This document shows positions 1 to 7,880 of a stretch of DNA of 64,000 bases, in pieces (positions within the stretch are counted from its first letter, which is position 1; every line of letters starts with the position of its first letter). The position numbers and the translations under genes were made by a program. The notes beneath the pieces were generated by a model. That model saw only the letters and a program-made list of their open reading frames with translations. It did not search any database and was not told the origin of the DNA. Origin of the DNA: Candidatus Omnitrophota bacterium (GTDB taxonomy: Bacteria; Omnitrophota; Gorgyraeia; Aquiviventales; Aquiviventaceae); NCBI GenBank assembly GCA_023247255.1, contig JAHFGV010000005.1, positions 6,067 through 70,066 of the forward strand, given 5' to 3'.

Positions 1-75
1 ATGAGACAGCACGGCAGATCGACCCAGCCACCGGCGACTTCATAAACACAGGGCACAGCTACCCTGATACAGAAA

Positions 76-1071
76 ATGCCTGATCTTCGTGTGAAGATTG
101 GTTCCCTGACGTTACCGAATCCGGTCTTGGTTGCGGCAGGGACCTTTGGTTACGGCCTTGAGTTTACCTCAGCCATCCGCTTGGATCATCTCGGTGCGTT
201 GATTACAAAAACCTTAACCGCAACGCCGCGATCGGGTCATTTGCCCCCCCGTCTTGCCGTTACTCCTTCAGGGATGCTTAACTCTGTTGGGCTGCAGAAC
301 ATTGGACTTGAGGCATTTCTTGAGACGAAGCTTCCACAACTGCGCCGGTATTCGGTGGCAGTGATCGTAAGCGTGTTGGGGGAATCGGCCAAGGAGCTGG
401 CAGAGATGGTCGGACGAATCGATCGTGCCGATGGCGTTTCCGGAGTCGAACTGAATATGTCGTGTCCCAACCTCGAAGAGGGACAGGGGACGGGGGGCGG
501 GGGGCAGGGGGGGGATTCCAGCATTCCCCTGCCCCCTGTCTCGCGCCCCTTGCCCCGTCTTATTGCGCAGGATGCTGAGGCGACGGCTGCGATGGTGCAG
601 GCGGCCCGGGCAAAAACCAGCAAACTTTTGATCGCGAAATTGAGTCCCGACGTCACCGATCTAAGGCCCATCGCGCGAGCGGCCGAGCGGGCAGGGGCCG
701 ATGCCTTGAGCGTGGGGAATACTTTCATCGGGATGAGCCTGGATCCAGAAACCCGTCGGTCCCGTCTGGGTTCCCTCACCGGCGGTTTAAGCGGACCCGC
801 GATTCGTCCGCTTTCACTTTATAGGGTGTGGTATACTGCCCCGGTTGTTCGCATTCCGGTAATCGGTGCAGGGGGTATCGTACAGGCCAAGGATGCCGTT
901 GAGTATTTCCTGGCCGGAGCCAAAGCCGTTGCAGTGGGTACCGCAAACTTTGTGCGACCGGATGCCGCCAGGCAAATCGTCCACGGTATCGAGCGCTACA
1001 TGATTCGACACAAACTAAGCGCCATACACGAACTTTATGGAGCCATCGATTTCCATTCCCCATGGCCGTAA
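76..1071 (+). CDS. pyrD: dihydroorotate dehydrogenase, class 1 catalytic subunit
   Basis: 331-aa track ORF with motifs AAGTFGYG, ELNMSCPN, GGLSGPAIRP and VIGAGGI. Carries an extra Gly/Pro-rich loop encoded by the repeat at 475-560. Confidence 0.85.
   Translation: MPDLRVKIGSLTLPNPVLVAAGTFGYGLEFTSAIRLDHLGALITKTLTATPRSGHLPPRLAVTPSGMLNSVGLQNIGLEAFLETKLPQLRRYSVAVIVSVLGESAKELAEMVGRIDRADGVSGVELNMSCPNLEEGQGTGGGGQGGDSSIPLPPVSRPLPRLIAQDAEATAAMVQAARAKTSKLLIAKLSPDVTDLRPIARAAERAGADALSVGNTFIGMSLDPETRRSRLGSLTGGLSGPAIRPLSLYRVWYTAPVVRIPVIGAGGIVQAKDAVEYFLAGAKAVAVGTANFVRPDAARQIVHGIERYMIRHKLSAIHELYGAIDFHSPWP
475..560. repeat. GC-rich palindromic element, copy P, in frame inside pyrD
   Basis: G-run arm followed by C-run arm. 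Perfect 11-bp stem GGGGGCAGGGG (500-510) / CCCCTGCCCCC (526-536). C-arm 524-556 aligns by eye at ~85% with the C-arm at 15771-15803. Confidence 0.6.
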
Positions 1072-1832
1072 GGCAGCTCAAATCAGGCGTTCCTGTAGAT
1101 TATCGAGGCACGGTTGACCATCCCCGAGTTGCTTCCGACCGTTTGATCGTGGCGTTGGACTCCGCTGATTTGCCATCCGCGCTTGCCATGGCCAGGCGCC
1201 TTAAGGGTATCGTACGGATGGTTAAAATCGGAAGCGTCCTTTTCACCGCTTGTGGGCCTGTGGCGATTCGTAAAATAAAACAGTTGGGCTTCGACGTCAT
1301 GTTGGATTTGAAATTTTTCGATATCCCCTCCACCATCGAGATGAGTTGCCGCGCGGCCGCGCGTCATCGAGTGTCTTTGCTTACGGTGCATGCCACCGGC
1401 CAGCGTCCGATGTTAGAGGCGGCTGTGCGCGGAGCAACCGAGGAGGCTTGGCGTCTTGGCTTGCCTGTTCCAGATGTGCTTGCCGTTACCGTTCTGACCA
1501 GTGTGGGAGAAAACAACCGGCGTTCGATAAGCGCCCAGGTGCTGAGATTGGCTGAGCAAGCAAGACAAGCCCATTGCCCAGGGGTAGTGGCATCCGCACA
1601 GGAAGCGGCGAAGCTTCGCAAGCGTTTTGGCCAGCAGCTGAGGATTCTCTGCCCAGGCATCCGAGCATCCAGCGCTGGAGGGGACGATCAGCACCGGGTG
1701 GCAACACCCAGCCAGGCGCTCTTGGCCGGGGCCGATTGGTTGGTGGTGGGTCGACCCATCACTGCGTCTGTCGATCCGCGTCAGGCTACGAAGCGGATCC
1801 TCAAGGAGATGGAGGCGGCAACGGAATGTTGA
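1062..1832 (+). CDS. pyrF: orotidine 5'-phosphate decarboxylase
   Basis: 256 aa with LIVALD, VKIG, DLKFFDIPST and LTVHA motifs. Overlaps pyrD by 10 nt. Confidence 0.85.
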   Translation: MAVRQLKSGVPVDYRGTVDHPRVASDRLIVALDSADLPSALAMARRLKGIVRMVKIGSVLFTACGPVAIRKIKQLGFDVMLDLKFFDIPSTIEMSCRAAARHRVSLLTVHATGQRPMLEAAVRGATEEAWRLGLPVPDVLAVTVLTSVGENNRRSISAQVLRLAEQARQAHCPGVVASAQEAAKLRKRFGQQLRILCPGIRASSAGGDDQHRVATPSQALLAGADWLVVGRPITASVDPRQATKRILKEMEAATEC

Positions 1833-2422
1833 CACGCGATCAGCTTCTTGCCATCTTTCGCCAGTGCAACGCCCTTCAGCGAGGGCATTTTGAACTCTCT
1901 TCAGGGCTGCATAGTGGGCACTACTTTCAATGCGCGCAGTTTTTGCAACACCCGAAACTAGCTGCTACCGTCTGCCGCGAGCTTGCCCGGCGATTTGTGT
2001 CGCGCAAGCCAACCGTCGTGATCGGTCCGGCGACGGGAGGCATCATCGTGGCGTATGAAGTTGCCCGAGCCCTGAGGGGCAGGGCCCTCTACGCCGAGCG
2101 GGTCGATGCCGAGATGCAATTGCGTCGCGGGTTCACCGTGACGAAGTTGGATCGGGTGCTTTTAGTGGAAGATGTGGTCACAACCGGAGAGTCTGCCCGG
2201 AAGGTGGCGGAGTTGGTAGAGGCTATGGGTGCGAAGGTAGTCGGCATCGGTGCCGTTGTGGATCGCTCCGGCGGCAAGGTTCGTTTCCGAGGCTGTCGTT
2301 ACGAAAAGCTGCTGGAACTGGACTTTGAGCACTTCGGACCGCACGACTGCCCCCTGTGTAACGAGCACATCCCTTTGACCCATCCGGGTCGGCCGAAAAA
2401 AGGCATGTTCCAAGAGAAATAA
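1826..2422 (+). CDS. pyrE: orotate phosphoribosyltransferase
   Basis: ATG 1826 overlaps the pyrF stop (ATGTTGA). GHFELSSGLHS and the PRPP-binding motif LLVEDVVTTGES are present. The track start at 1574 is in-frame read-through over pyrF. Confidence 0.85.
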   Translation: MLTRDQLLAIFRQCNALQRGHFELSSGLHSGHYFQCAQFLQHPKLAATVCRELARRFVSRKPTVVIGPATGGIIVAYEVARALRGRALYAERVDAEMQLRRGFTVTKLDRVLLVEDVVTTGESARKVAELVEAMGAKVVGIGAVVDRSGGKVRFRGCRYEKLLELDFEHFGPHDCPLCNEHIPLTHPGRPKKGMFQEK

Positions 2423-2700
2423 TAATGAGGATTGTGTCCTATTCCAAGAGAAGTAATGAGGATTGTGTCATGTTTCATGAGTCATGTGTCATGAGAGACT
2501 GTTTCATGTGTTATGTGTCATGAAAAAAGCAGAAAATAAACAGGCATCTCAAGCACGGCCAAAGTACGCCTTTTGCTTTCCATGACTCATGACACATAAA
2601 ACATGAAACATGACACAGACGTGAGTACTGGAGCTTAGAACCGTGACTCATGAAACAGACGTGAGCACTGCCACTAACCGCGATGCATTTTGAAAACCCT
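2409..2700. repeat. CATG-rich tandem plus inverted repeat element
   Basis: A ~30-nt tandem duplication spans the pyrE stop (2409-2440 / 2443-2471). A GTCATG-rich arm (2466-2523) is complementary to a CATGAC-rich arm (2579-2627). The terminal 55 nt (2645-2699) recur at 40158-40213. Confidence 0.7.
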
Positions 2701-2719
2701 CAGATCTAAGAGGTTCACC

Positions 2720-3247
2720 ATGCCTCACGAGTCGATCATCCGAGCCACGGTCGGCGTACTCTTAAGCGGCCTGATCCTCACGGCCGCCTTTTGGGTCGTG
2801 GCGTTACGGAATCTTTTTCGCGCCACCCTCAGCTTAGGGCTTGTCTTGGTCGGGGTGGCTTGTGTCTTTCTTTTGCTTGAAGCGGAGTTCTTGGCATTTG
2901 TTCAGATTTTGGTCTATGTGGGTGCGATTCTGACTTTGGTTGTGTTCGCCGTCATGTTAACGGCTCGTCTGCACATCAGCCCCGCCACACGGGTGACTCA
3001 CCGCCAAGATTCCTGGCTCGCGGGTGCGGCAGCCCTAGCCCTGTTTGGATTATTGGTCTGGGCCACGCAATCGTTGACATTTCCCCAGCGCTTGGCCGTG
3101 GAGTCGGTCCGGTTAACCGCTGTGGGCCAGCAATTCATTACGACTCTGATTTTACCCTTTGAGGCGATCTCCCTGATTTTTGTGGCGGCCATGGTAGGTG
3201 CCATTGCTTTGGTGACTCGTCAATTCCCGCCGTCGGCTGAGCCCTAA
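2720..3247 (+). CDS. nuoJ: NADH-quinone oxidoreductase subunit J
   Basis: ATG 2720 follows AAGAGG. Polytopic ND6/NuoJ-like sequence (LLEAEFLAFVQILVYVGAILTLVVF). The track TTG start at 2690 lies inside the repeat. Confidence 0.8.
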   Translation: MPHESIIRATVGVLLSGLILTAAFWVVALRNLFRATLSLGLVLVGVACVFLLLEAEFLAFVQILVYVGAILTLVVFAVMLTARLHISPATRVTHRQDSWLAGAAALALFGLLVWATQSLTFPQRLAVESVRLTAVGQQFITTLILPFEAISLIFVAAMVGAIALVTRQFPPSAEP

Positions 3248-3288
3248 CAGGTTACAGGAAAATGCCCTGTTTGCTCAAAGCTAACAAT

Positions 3289-3549
3289 GGGGGGAACGGG
3301 GTGGGAGACGTGGGGCGTGGGAGAACAGATTACAAGAGATAAAAAGTCCTACAACCGGTTTTAAAAAAGGGTTCTTCTGGTTTTGCAGTGGGTAAAAGGA
3401 GCAACACTTCCCTCTCCCAAAGGGAGAGGGAGAAGGGCATGCCCATATATCCCGGAAGCGCCTAAAAAAGAACGGGCGATGTCTAGCTTTCAAGATTTAT
3501 GGAGTGCTATTCGCACTTCCCTCGCCCCCCGCCCCGTTCCCTTTACCCC
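3289..3549. repeat. GC-rich element, copy K, with G-run/C-run terminal inverted repeats
   Basis: G-arm 3289-3328 (runs G6,G4,G3,G4,G3) and C-arm 3514-3549 are about 21/26 complementary. Internal perfect hairpin CCCTCTCCC-AAA-GGGAGAGGG (3410-3430). Confidence 0.55.
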
Positions 3550-3603
3550 GGATGCGGGTTTTTCAGCAGTCTGCTGATAGCAAGGATATTGAAACGTAAA
3601 CTC

Positions 3604-3903
3604 ATGGAGCTGCGGATTCTACTTTGGTTGTCTTGCGGTTTGTTCTCGATTGGGGTCTACGGGATGCTGACTCGGCGACACGCGATCGGTCTTTTGCTTG
3701 CCCTGGAACTCATGCTCAACGCCGCGGCCTTGAACTTCGTGCTCTTTAGTCGATGGTTCGGCCATGTGCAGGCGCAAGCCTTCGCGCTTTTCATCATCGC
3801 CCTGGCTGCCTGTGAGGCGGTGGTTGGGCTTGCGATTATCATCAGCCTGGCCCGCAGCGCCCACACCGTACTCGTCGATGAAGCGAGCCTCTTAAAAGGA
3901 TGA
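3604..3903 (+). CDS. nuoK: NADH-quinone oxidoreductase subunit K
   Basis: 100 aa from ATG 3604 with ND4L-like LALELMLNAAALNF and AACEAVVGLAII. The stop overlaps the nuoL ATG (ATGA). Confidence 0.85.
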   Translation: MELRILLWLSCGLFSIGVYGMLTRRHAIGLLLALELMLNAAALNFVLFSRWFGHVQAQAFALFIIALAACEAVVGLAIIISLARSAHTVLVDEASLLKG

Positions 3904-5816
3904 AGATGCTTTTGTGGATTCCAGGCCTGCCTTTGTTGGCCGCTGCGATATTGCTGCTCGTTGGCAGACGCTTGGGACGCTGGAGTTCTCATGTGGCGAT
4001 TGCCGCCATGAGTGGTTCGGCGGCGTTGGTCTTCTTGATAGGGAGCTGGATTCTCGATGGTCATCGGTTAGGGGTGCGCTGGATATGGTTGTCCGCGCAA
4101 AAGCCACAGTGGTCGCTGGGTCTGGCCGTCGACGGATTGAGCTGGATCATGCTCGTTGTCGTTACCCTGATCGGTACGATGATTATGGTCTACTCAGTGG
4201 GCTACATGCACGCAGACGCACGGTTCAGTCGGTTTTTCGCCTACCTGTGTCTTTTCTGTGCTTCCATGCTGGGGTTGGTGATGGCCGATCATTTTTTACT
4301 GCTCTATGGCTGCTGGGAGCTCGTCGGGCTGTGTTCCTATTTATTGATCAGCTTCTGGTTTGAAAAGCCGGCTGCAGCCGCCGCGGGCCGGAAGGCTTTT
4401 ATCACGACTCGCATTGGGGATACGGGGCTGTTGCTGGGCATCTTTCTCTTAGCCCTGACGGTTGGCGATCTTCGTCTTCAGAATCTGGAAGTTATCCGTG
4501 CGCAGTTGAGCGAACGTTCCTGGCTCTTGACTCTGATCAGTACATTGATTTTTGTGGGAGCCATGGGCAAGTCCGCGCAAATTCCTCTTCATGTCTGGCT
4601 GCCGGATGCGATGGAGGGTCCGACTGCCGTATCCGCCCTCATCCATGCAGCGACGATGGTAGCGGCCGGGGTGTATCTTGTGGCGCGCAGTTTTGTTTTG
4701 TTCACCCCGCAGAGCCTCCAGGGGGTGTTGATCGTCGGACTGCTTACCCATCTTTTGGCCGGGACCGTCGCCCTGACGATGACCGACATCAAAAAGGTCC
4801 TGGCCTACTCGACCATCAGCCAGTTGGGGTTGATGATGACGGCCCTGGGTCTTGGGGCGCAGGCGGCGGCGATGTTTCACCTGTTCACTCATGCGTTCTT
4901 CAAGGCACTTTTGTTTTTGGCGGCCGGCAGCGTCATCCATGCTACCCATCAACAGGATCTTTCCCAGCTCGGTGGACTCTTCCGAAAGATGCGCGCGACG
5001 GCGATTTTGTTTCTCATCGGCGTTCTGTCGATGAGCGGTTTTCCCTTTCTGAGCGGATTCTGGAGCAAGGATGCAATCTTGGCGGCTGCGTTACACGATG
5101 TGCCGGCGCTCTTCTGGACGTTACTGGCTGGGGCGGTTTTGACAGCGAGTTATACATTCCGGTTGTTTCTGCGGTGCTTTCACGGCGAGTCGGCAGACGC
5201 AAGAGGGCACACAGCACACAGCGTGCATGAATCGCCGGCTATCATGCTTATACCCATGGCGGTCTTGGCTCTTGGAGCGGTCTTCGCCGGTCTTTTAGGA
5301 TCGCCGTGGCTGCATCAGCCGATCTTTCATCTGCTCGGTTCAAAACGCCTGCATGAAGGGATCGATGTGCCGATTTTGCTTTTGTCGAGCGGCGCTGTGG
5401 CTGTCGGATTCGCTCTGGCGTGGCTTTCGGGTTTCAAACGCCAGCTGCACCTGCCTGAATCCTTGCGTCCGTTGGGTCAATTTTTCTATCGGCTTTCGGT
5501 GAACAAATACTATGTGGATGAGGCTTATGACCGCTGGATCGTTCAGCCGTTTCAAGCAGCGACCCGCCGATTGTCCCAGTTTGATCAGCGCGTCATTGAT
5601 GGCAGCGTCAATGGGGTCGCCGAGTTGGGCTGGAAGCTCGGTCAGGGGAAAGAGCGTTTTGACGCCAAGGTTATCGATCGGCTCGTCAACGGCATTGCCA
5701 GTTCCACGCGCCGGATGGCGATGGGGCTTCGGCTGATTCAAACCGGTGTGATTCAAAACTACCTGCTGGCTGTTGTGGTCTCAGTGGTTGTGTTCGCCTG
5801 GCTGTTGCGTCCATAA
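3900..5816 (+). CDS. nuoL: NADH-quinone oxidoreductase subunit L
   Basis: 638 aa with WELVGLCSYLLISFW, TRIGD and GKSAQIPLHVWLPDAMEGPT. Confidence 0.9.
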   Translation: MKMLLWIPGLPLLAAAILLLVGRRLGRWSSHVAIAAMSGSAALVFLIGSWILDGHRLGVRWIWLSAQKPQWSLGLAVDGLSWIMLVVVTLIGTMIMVYSVGYMHADARFSRFFAYLCLFCASMLGLVMADHFLLLYGCWELVGLCSYLLISFWFEKPAAAAAGRKAFITTRIGDTGLLLGIFLLALTVGDLRLQNLEVIRAQLSERSWLLTLISTLIFVGAMGKSAQIPLHVWLPDAMEGPTAVSALIHAATMVAAGVYLVARSFVLFTPQSLQGVLIVGLLTHLLAGTVALTMTDIKKVLAYSTISQLGLMMTALGLGAQAAAMFHLFTHAFFKALLFLAAGSVIHATHQQDLSQLGGLFRKMRATAILFLIGVLSMSGFPFLSGFWSKDAILAAALHDVPALFWTLLAGAVLTASYTFRLFLRCFHGESADARGHTAHSVHESPAIMLIPMAVLALGAVFAGLLGSPWLHQPIFHLLGSKRLHEGIDVPILLLSSGAVAVGFALAWLSGFKRQLHLPESLRPLGQFFYRLSVNKYYVDEAYDRWIVQPFQAATRRLSQFDQRVIDGSVNGVAELGWKLGQGKERFDAKVIDRLVNGIASSTRRMAMGLRLIQTGVIQNYLLAVVVSVVVFAWLLRP

Positions 5817-5826
5817 ATTCCGCAGT

Positions 5827-6325
5827 TTTTAGCAGGATGCTAAAAGACCCACGGGATGCTAGAGTGCCTAACATAATGATCGCATGGTCGCGCTGGGCGT
5901 AATTGCTTCGATGCGCAAGACGCCAGGAGGAAGCCGTACTGATCCATAGAAGTACGGTGACGACGAGCAACGCAGCGCGGCGAAGCAATTCCGCCCAGCC
6001 CTTAGGGTTGCACTGAAAGATGGCCATCTGCTGCGTCGTTCCTCCTCGGCGTAGCGCTCCTTCGGCTACGCCTTCGTCGTCACTCCTTGCATCTGGGCCA
6101 TCTTTCAGTGCAACGCGGCCATGTGCTCATTATGTTAGGCACTCTTAGGCTGCTCAAAAAGGTGCGAGATGCAAGGCGCAGCTCGATTCGGCTGAGTCCT
6201 TTGACTATCGCTCAGGACTCAGCCCTGAGCAACGTCGAAGGGCTGAGGAGGCGCGTACTTTCAAGTACGCTGACGAAGCCGTCAGGCATACAACGCAGCA
6301 GATGTGTCTTTTTCAGCAGCCTGCT
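5827..6325. repeat. multi-hairpin structured spacer (nested inverted repeats)
   Basis: Outer inverted repeat 5861-5893 / 6117-6149, containing an 18-nt perfect core. Inner inverted repeats 5894-5911/5982-5999 (17/18) and 6009-6026/6097-6114 (18/18). Further hairpins lie at 6193-6286. The spacer is bounded by the similar motifs TTTTTAGCAGGATGCT (5827) and TTTTTCAGCAGCCTGCT (6309). Confidence 0.6.
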
Positions 6326-6340
6326 TAGGGAGATGCGCAC

Positions 6341-7792
6341 ATGCTAAGTGTTTTGTTACTGTGTCCACTCATCGGGATGTTGGTGGTCTTGGCCTTGCCC
6401 AAGACAGCCGTGCGGGCCATTCGGTTTGTCGCTTTGCTCGCAAGCGGGCTGGCCTTGGCTTTTGCGATCCAGTTGTTCCAGTTCTTCCGGCCACAAGAGG
6501 CAATCCAGTTAGTCGAGCGGATAGTCTGGATCCCGCAGATGCGCATTTTCTATCACGTCGGTGTGGATGGGCTTAGCCTGCCTCTTGTGTTTTTAACCGT
6601 TCTGTTAGGGTTCATCGCCTGTCTGGCTTCCGCCTCCATCACCGAGCGTCAGAAAGAGTACTACGCCCTGTACCTGCTGTTGGAGATGGGGATGCTGGGC
6701 ACGTTCATGGCATTGGATTTTTTCTTGTTCTATGTCTTCTGGGAAGTGGTGTTGGTGCCGATGTATTTCTTGATCGGCATCTGGGGCGGCGGTCGTCGGG
6801 AATACTCGGCTTTTAAGTTTTTTGTCTACACCCTCGCCGGCAGCCTGGCGATATTGTTGGCCATCTTGATGCTTTATTTCCGCACGGGGACCTTTGATAT
6901 GGTTGCCCTTGCGCAGATGGGACCGTTGCTAGAGCCGGATCTCCAACGACTGCTTTTTGTGGCGTTCTTCTTGGGATTCGCCATCAAGGTTCCGGTTTTT
7001 CCATTCCACACCTGGCTTCCGGATGCGCACGTCGATGCCCCCACCCCGATCAGCGTCCTGTTGGCCGGGGTGTTGCTGAAAATGGGAGGCTACGGCTTTT
7101 TCCGTATCGCCTATCCTATCTGCCCTGAGGGGGCGCAATGGGCAGCAGGGGCGATGGCCGTTTTGGGGATGATCAACATTGTCTACGGCGCTTTCGTTGC
7201 GATGGCCCAGACCGATTTTAAGAAACTCGTCGCCTACTCTTCCGTTTCCCATATGGGATTTGTCCTGCTTGGGCTGGCGAGCCTTCAGACGGAAGGCGTC
7301 AACGGGGCATTGTTGCAGATGTTCAATCACGGCACGATCACCGGTGGCATGTTCTTGTTAGTCGGCGTGCTCTATGATCGGGCGCACACCCGAGACCTCA
7401 ATGCCTTCGGCGGGCTGGGCGCGCACATGCCTAAGTTTTCAGGATTGCTTATTTTTTTCGGGCTGGCTTCTTTAGGGCTTCCGGGTTTGAGTGGATTTGT
7501 GGGGGAATTTTTGTCTCTGCTGGGGGCCTTCGGGGTCTGGCGATGGCAGACGGTCGTCTCAGTGCTAGGAATCGTCGTCGCGGCGGCCTATATCCTCACG
7601 GCGATTCAGCGAGTCTTGCTGGGGCCGCCAAACGAACGCTGGAAAAATCTGCCGGATGTCAATCCGAGAGAGATGGCCAGCTTGATCCCGCTCGTTGTGC
7701 TTATCTTGGCGTTGGGGGTTTATCCTTTGTTATTGATCGATCTTCAGGATGGAGCGGTTCAGCAGTTTATCGCCCACGTCAAAGGACCGTAG
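6341..7792 (+). CDS. nuoM: NADH-quinone oxidoreductase subunit M
   Basis: 483 aa with FAIKVPVFPFHTWLPDAHVDAPT and KMGGYGFFR. Confidence 0.9.
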   Translation: MLSVLLLCPLIGMLVVLALPKTAVRAIRFVALLASGLALAFAIQLFQFFRPQEAIQLVERIVWIPQMRIFYHVGVDGLSLPLVFLTVLLGFIACLASASITERQKEYYALYLLLEMGMLGTFMALDFFLFYVFWEVVLVPMYFLIGIWGGGRREYSAFKFFVYTLAGSLAILLAILMLYFRTGTFDMVALAQMGPLLEPDLQRLLFVAFFLGFAIKVPVFPFHTWLPDAHVDAPTPISVLLAGVLLKMGGYGFFRIAYPICPEGAQWAAGAMAVLGMINIVYGAFVAMAQTDFKKLVAYSSVSHMGFVLLGLASLQTEGVNGALLQMFNHGTITGGMFLLVGVLYDRAHTRDLNAFGGLGAHMPKFSGLLIFFGLASLGLPGLSGFVGEFLSLLGAFGVWRWQTVVSVLGIVVAAAYILTAIQRVLLGPPNERWKNLPDVNPREMASLIPLVVLILALGVYPLLLIDLQDGAVQQFIAHVKGP

Positions 7793-7880
7793 TTTGTCTT
7801 TCGTGAAACACCCCTCGATAAGGATAGACATAAACTATAGAGAGCTTCTCCTTCACGAGATACGCTACGAGCTACGAAAA

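Noticed and set aside
1574-1825. N-terminal extensions of track ORFs. Affected genes and their track starts: pyrE 1574, nuoK 3499, nuoN 7749, atpG 14137, atpC 17276, Rieske 30062, 9-haem cytochrome 31589, nxrA 45197, ferredoxin 52729, moaB 55403, moeA 57299, mobA 60488.
   Set aside because: The extensions overlap the preceding gene in another frame and have no family similarity. Internal ATGs sit at stop/start overlaps or behind Shine-Dalgarno-like sequences, where the conserved N-termini begin.
2409-2700. Possible CRISPR array, suggested by the many short repeated units here and at 11772-11882.
   Set aside because: There is no regular repeat-spacer periodicity. The units are contiguous or inverted, not separated by unique spacers of constant length. 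No cas genes are present in the window.
3281-3577. ORFs 3281..3493 (-) and 3383..3577 (+) in the nuoJ-nuoK spacer, and 5686..6027 (-), 6087..6347 (+) and 6304..6576 (+) in the nuoL-nuoM spacer.
   Set aside because: They are carried entirely by palindromic repeat DNA, overlap each other on both strands, have no RBS context and match no recognisable family.
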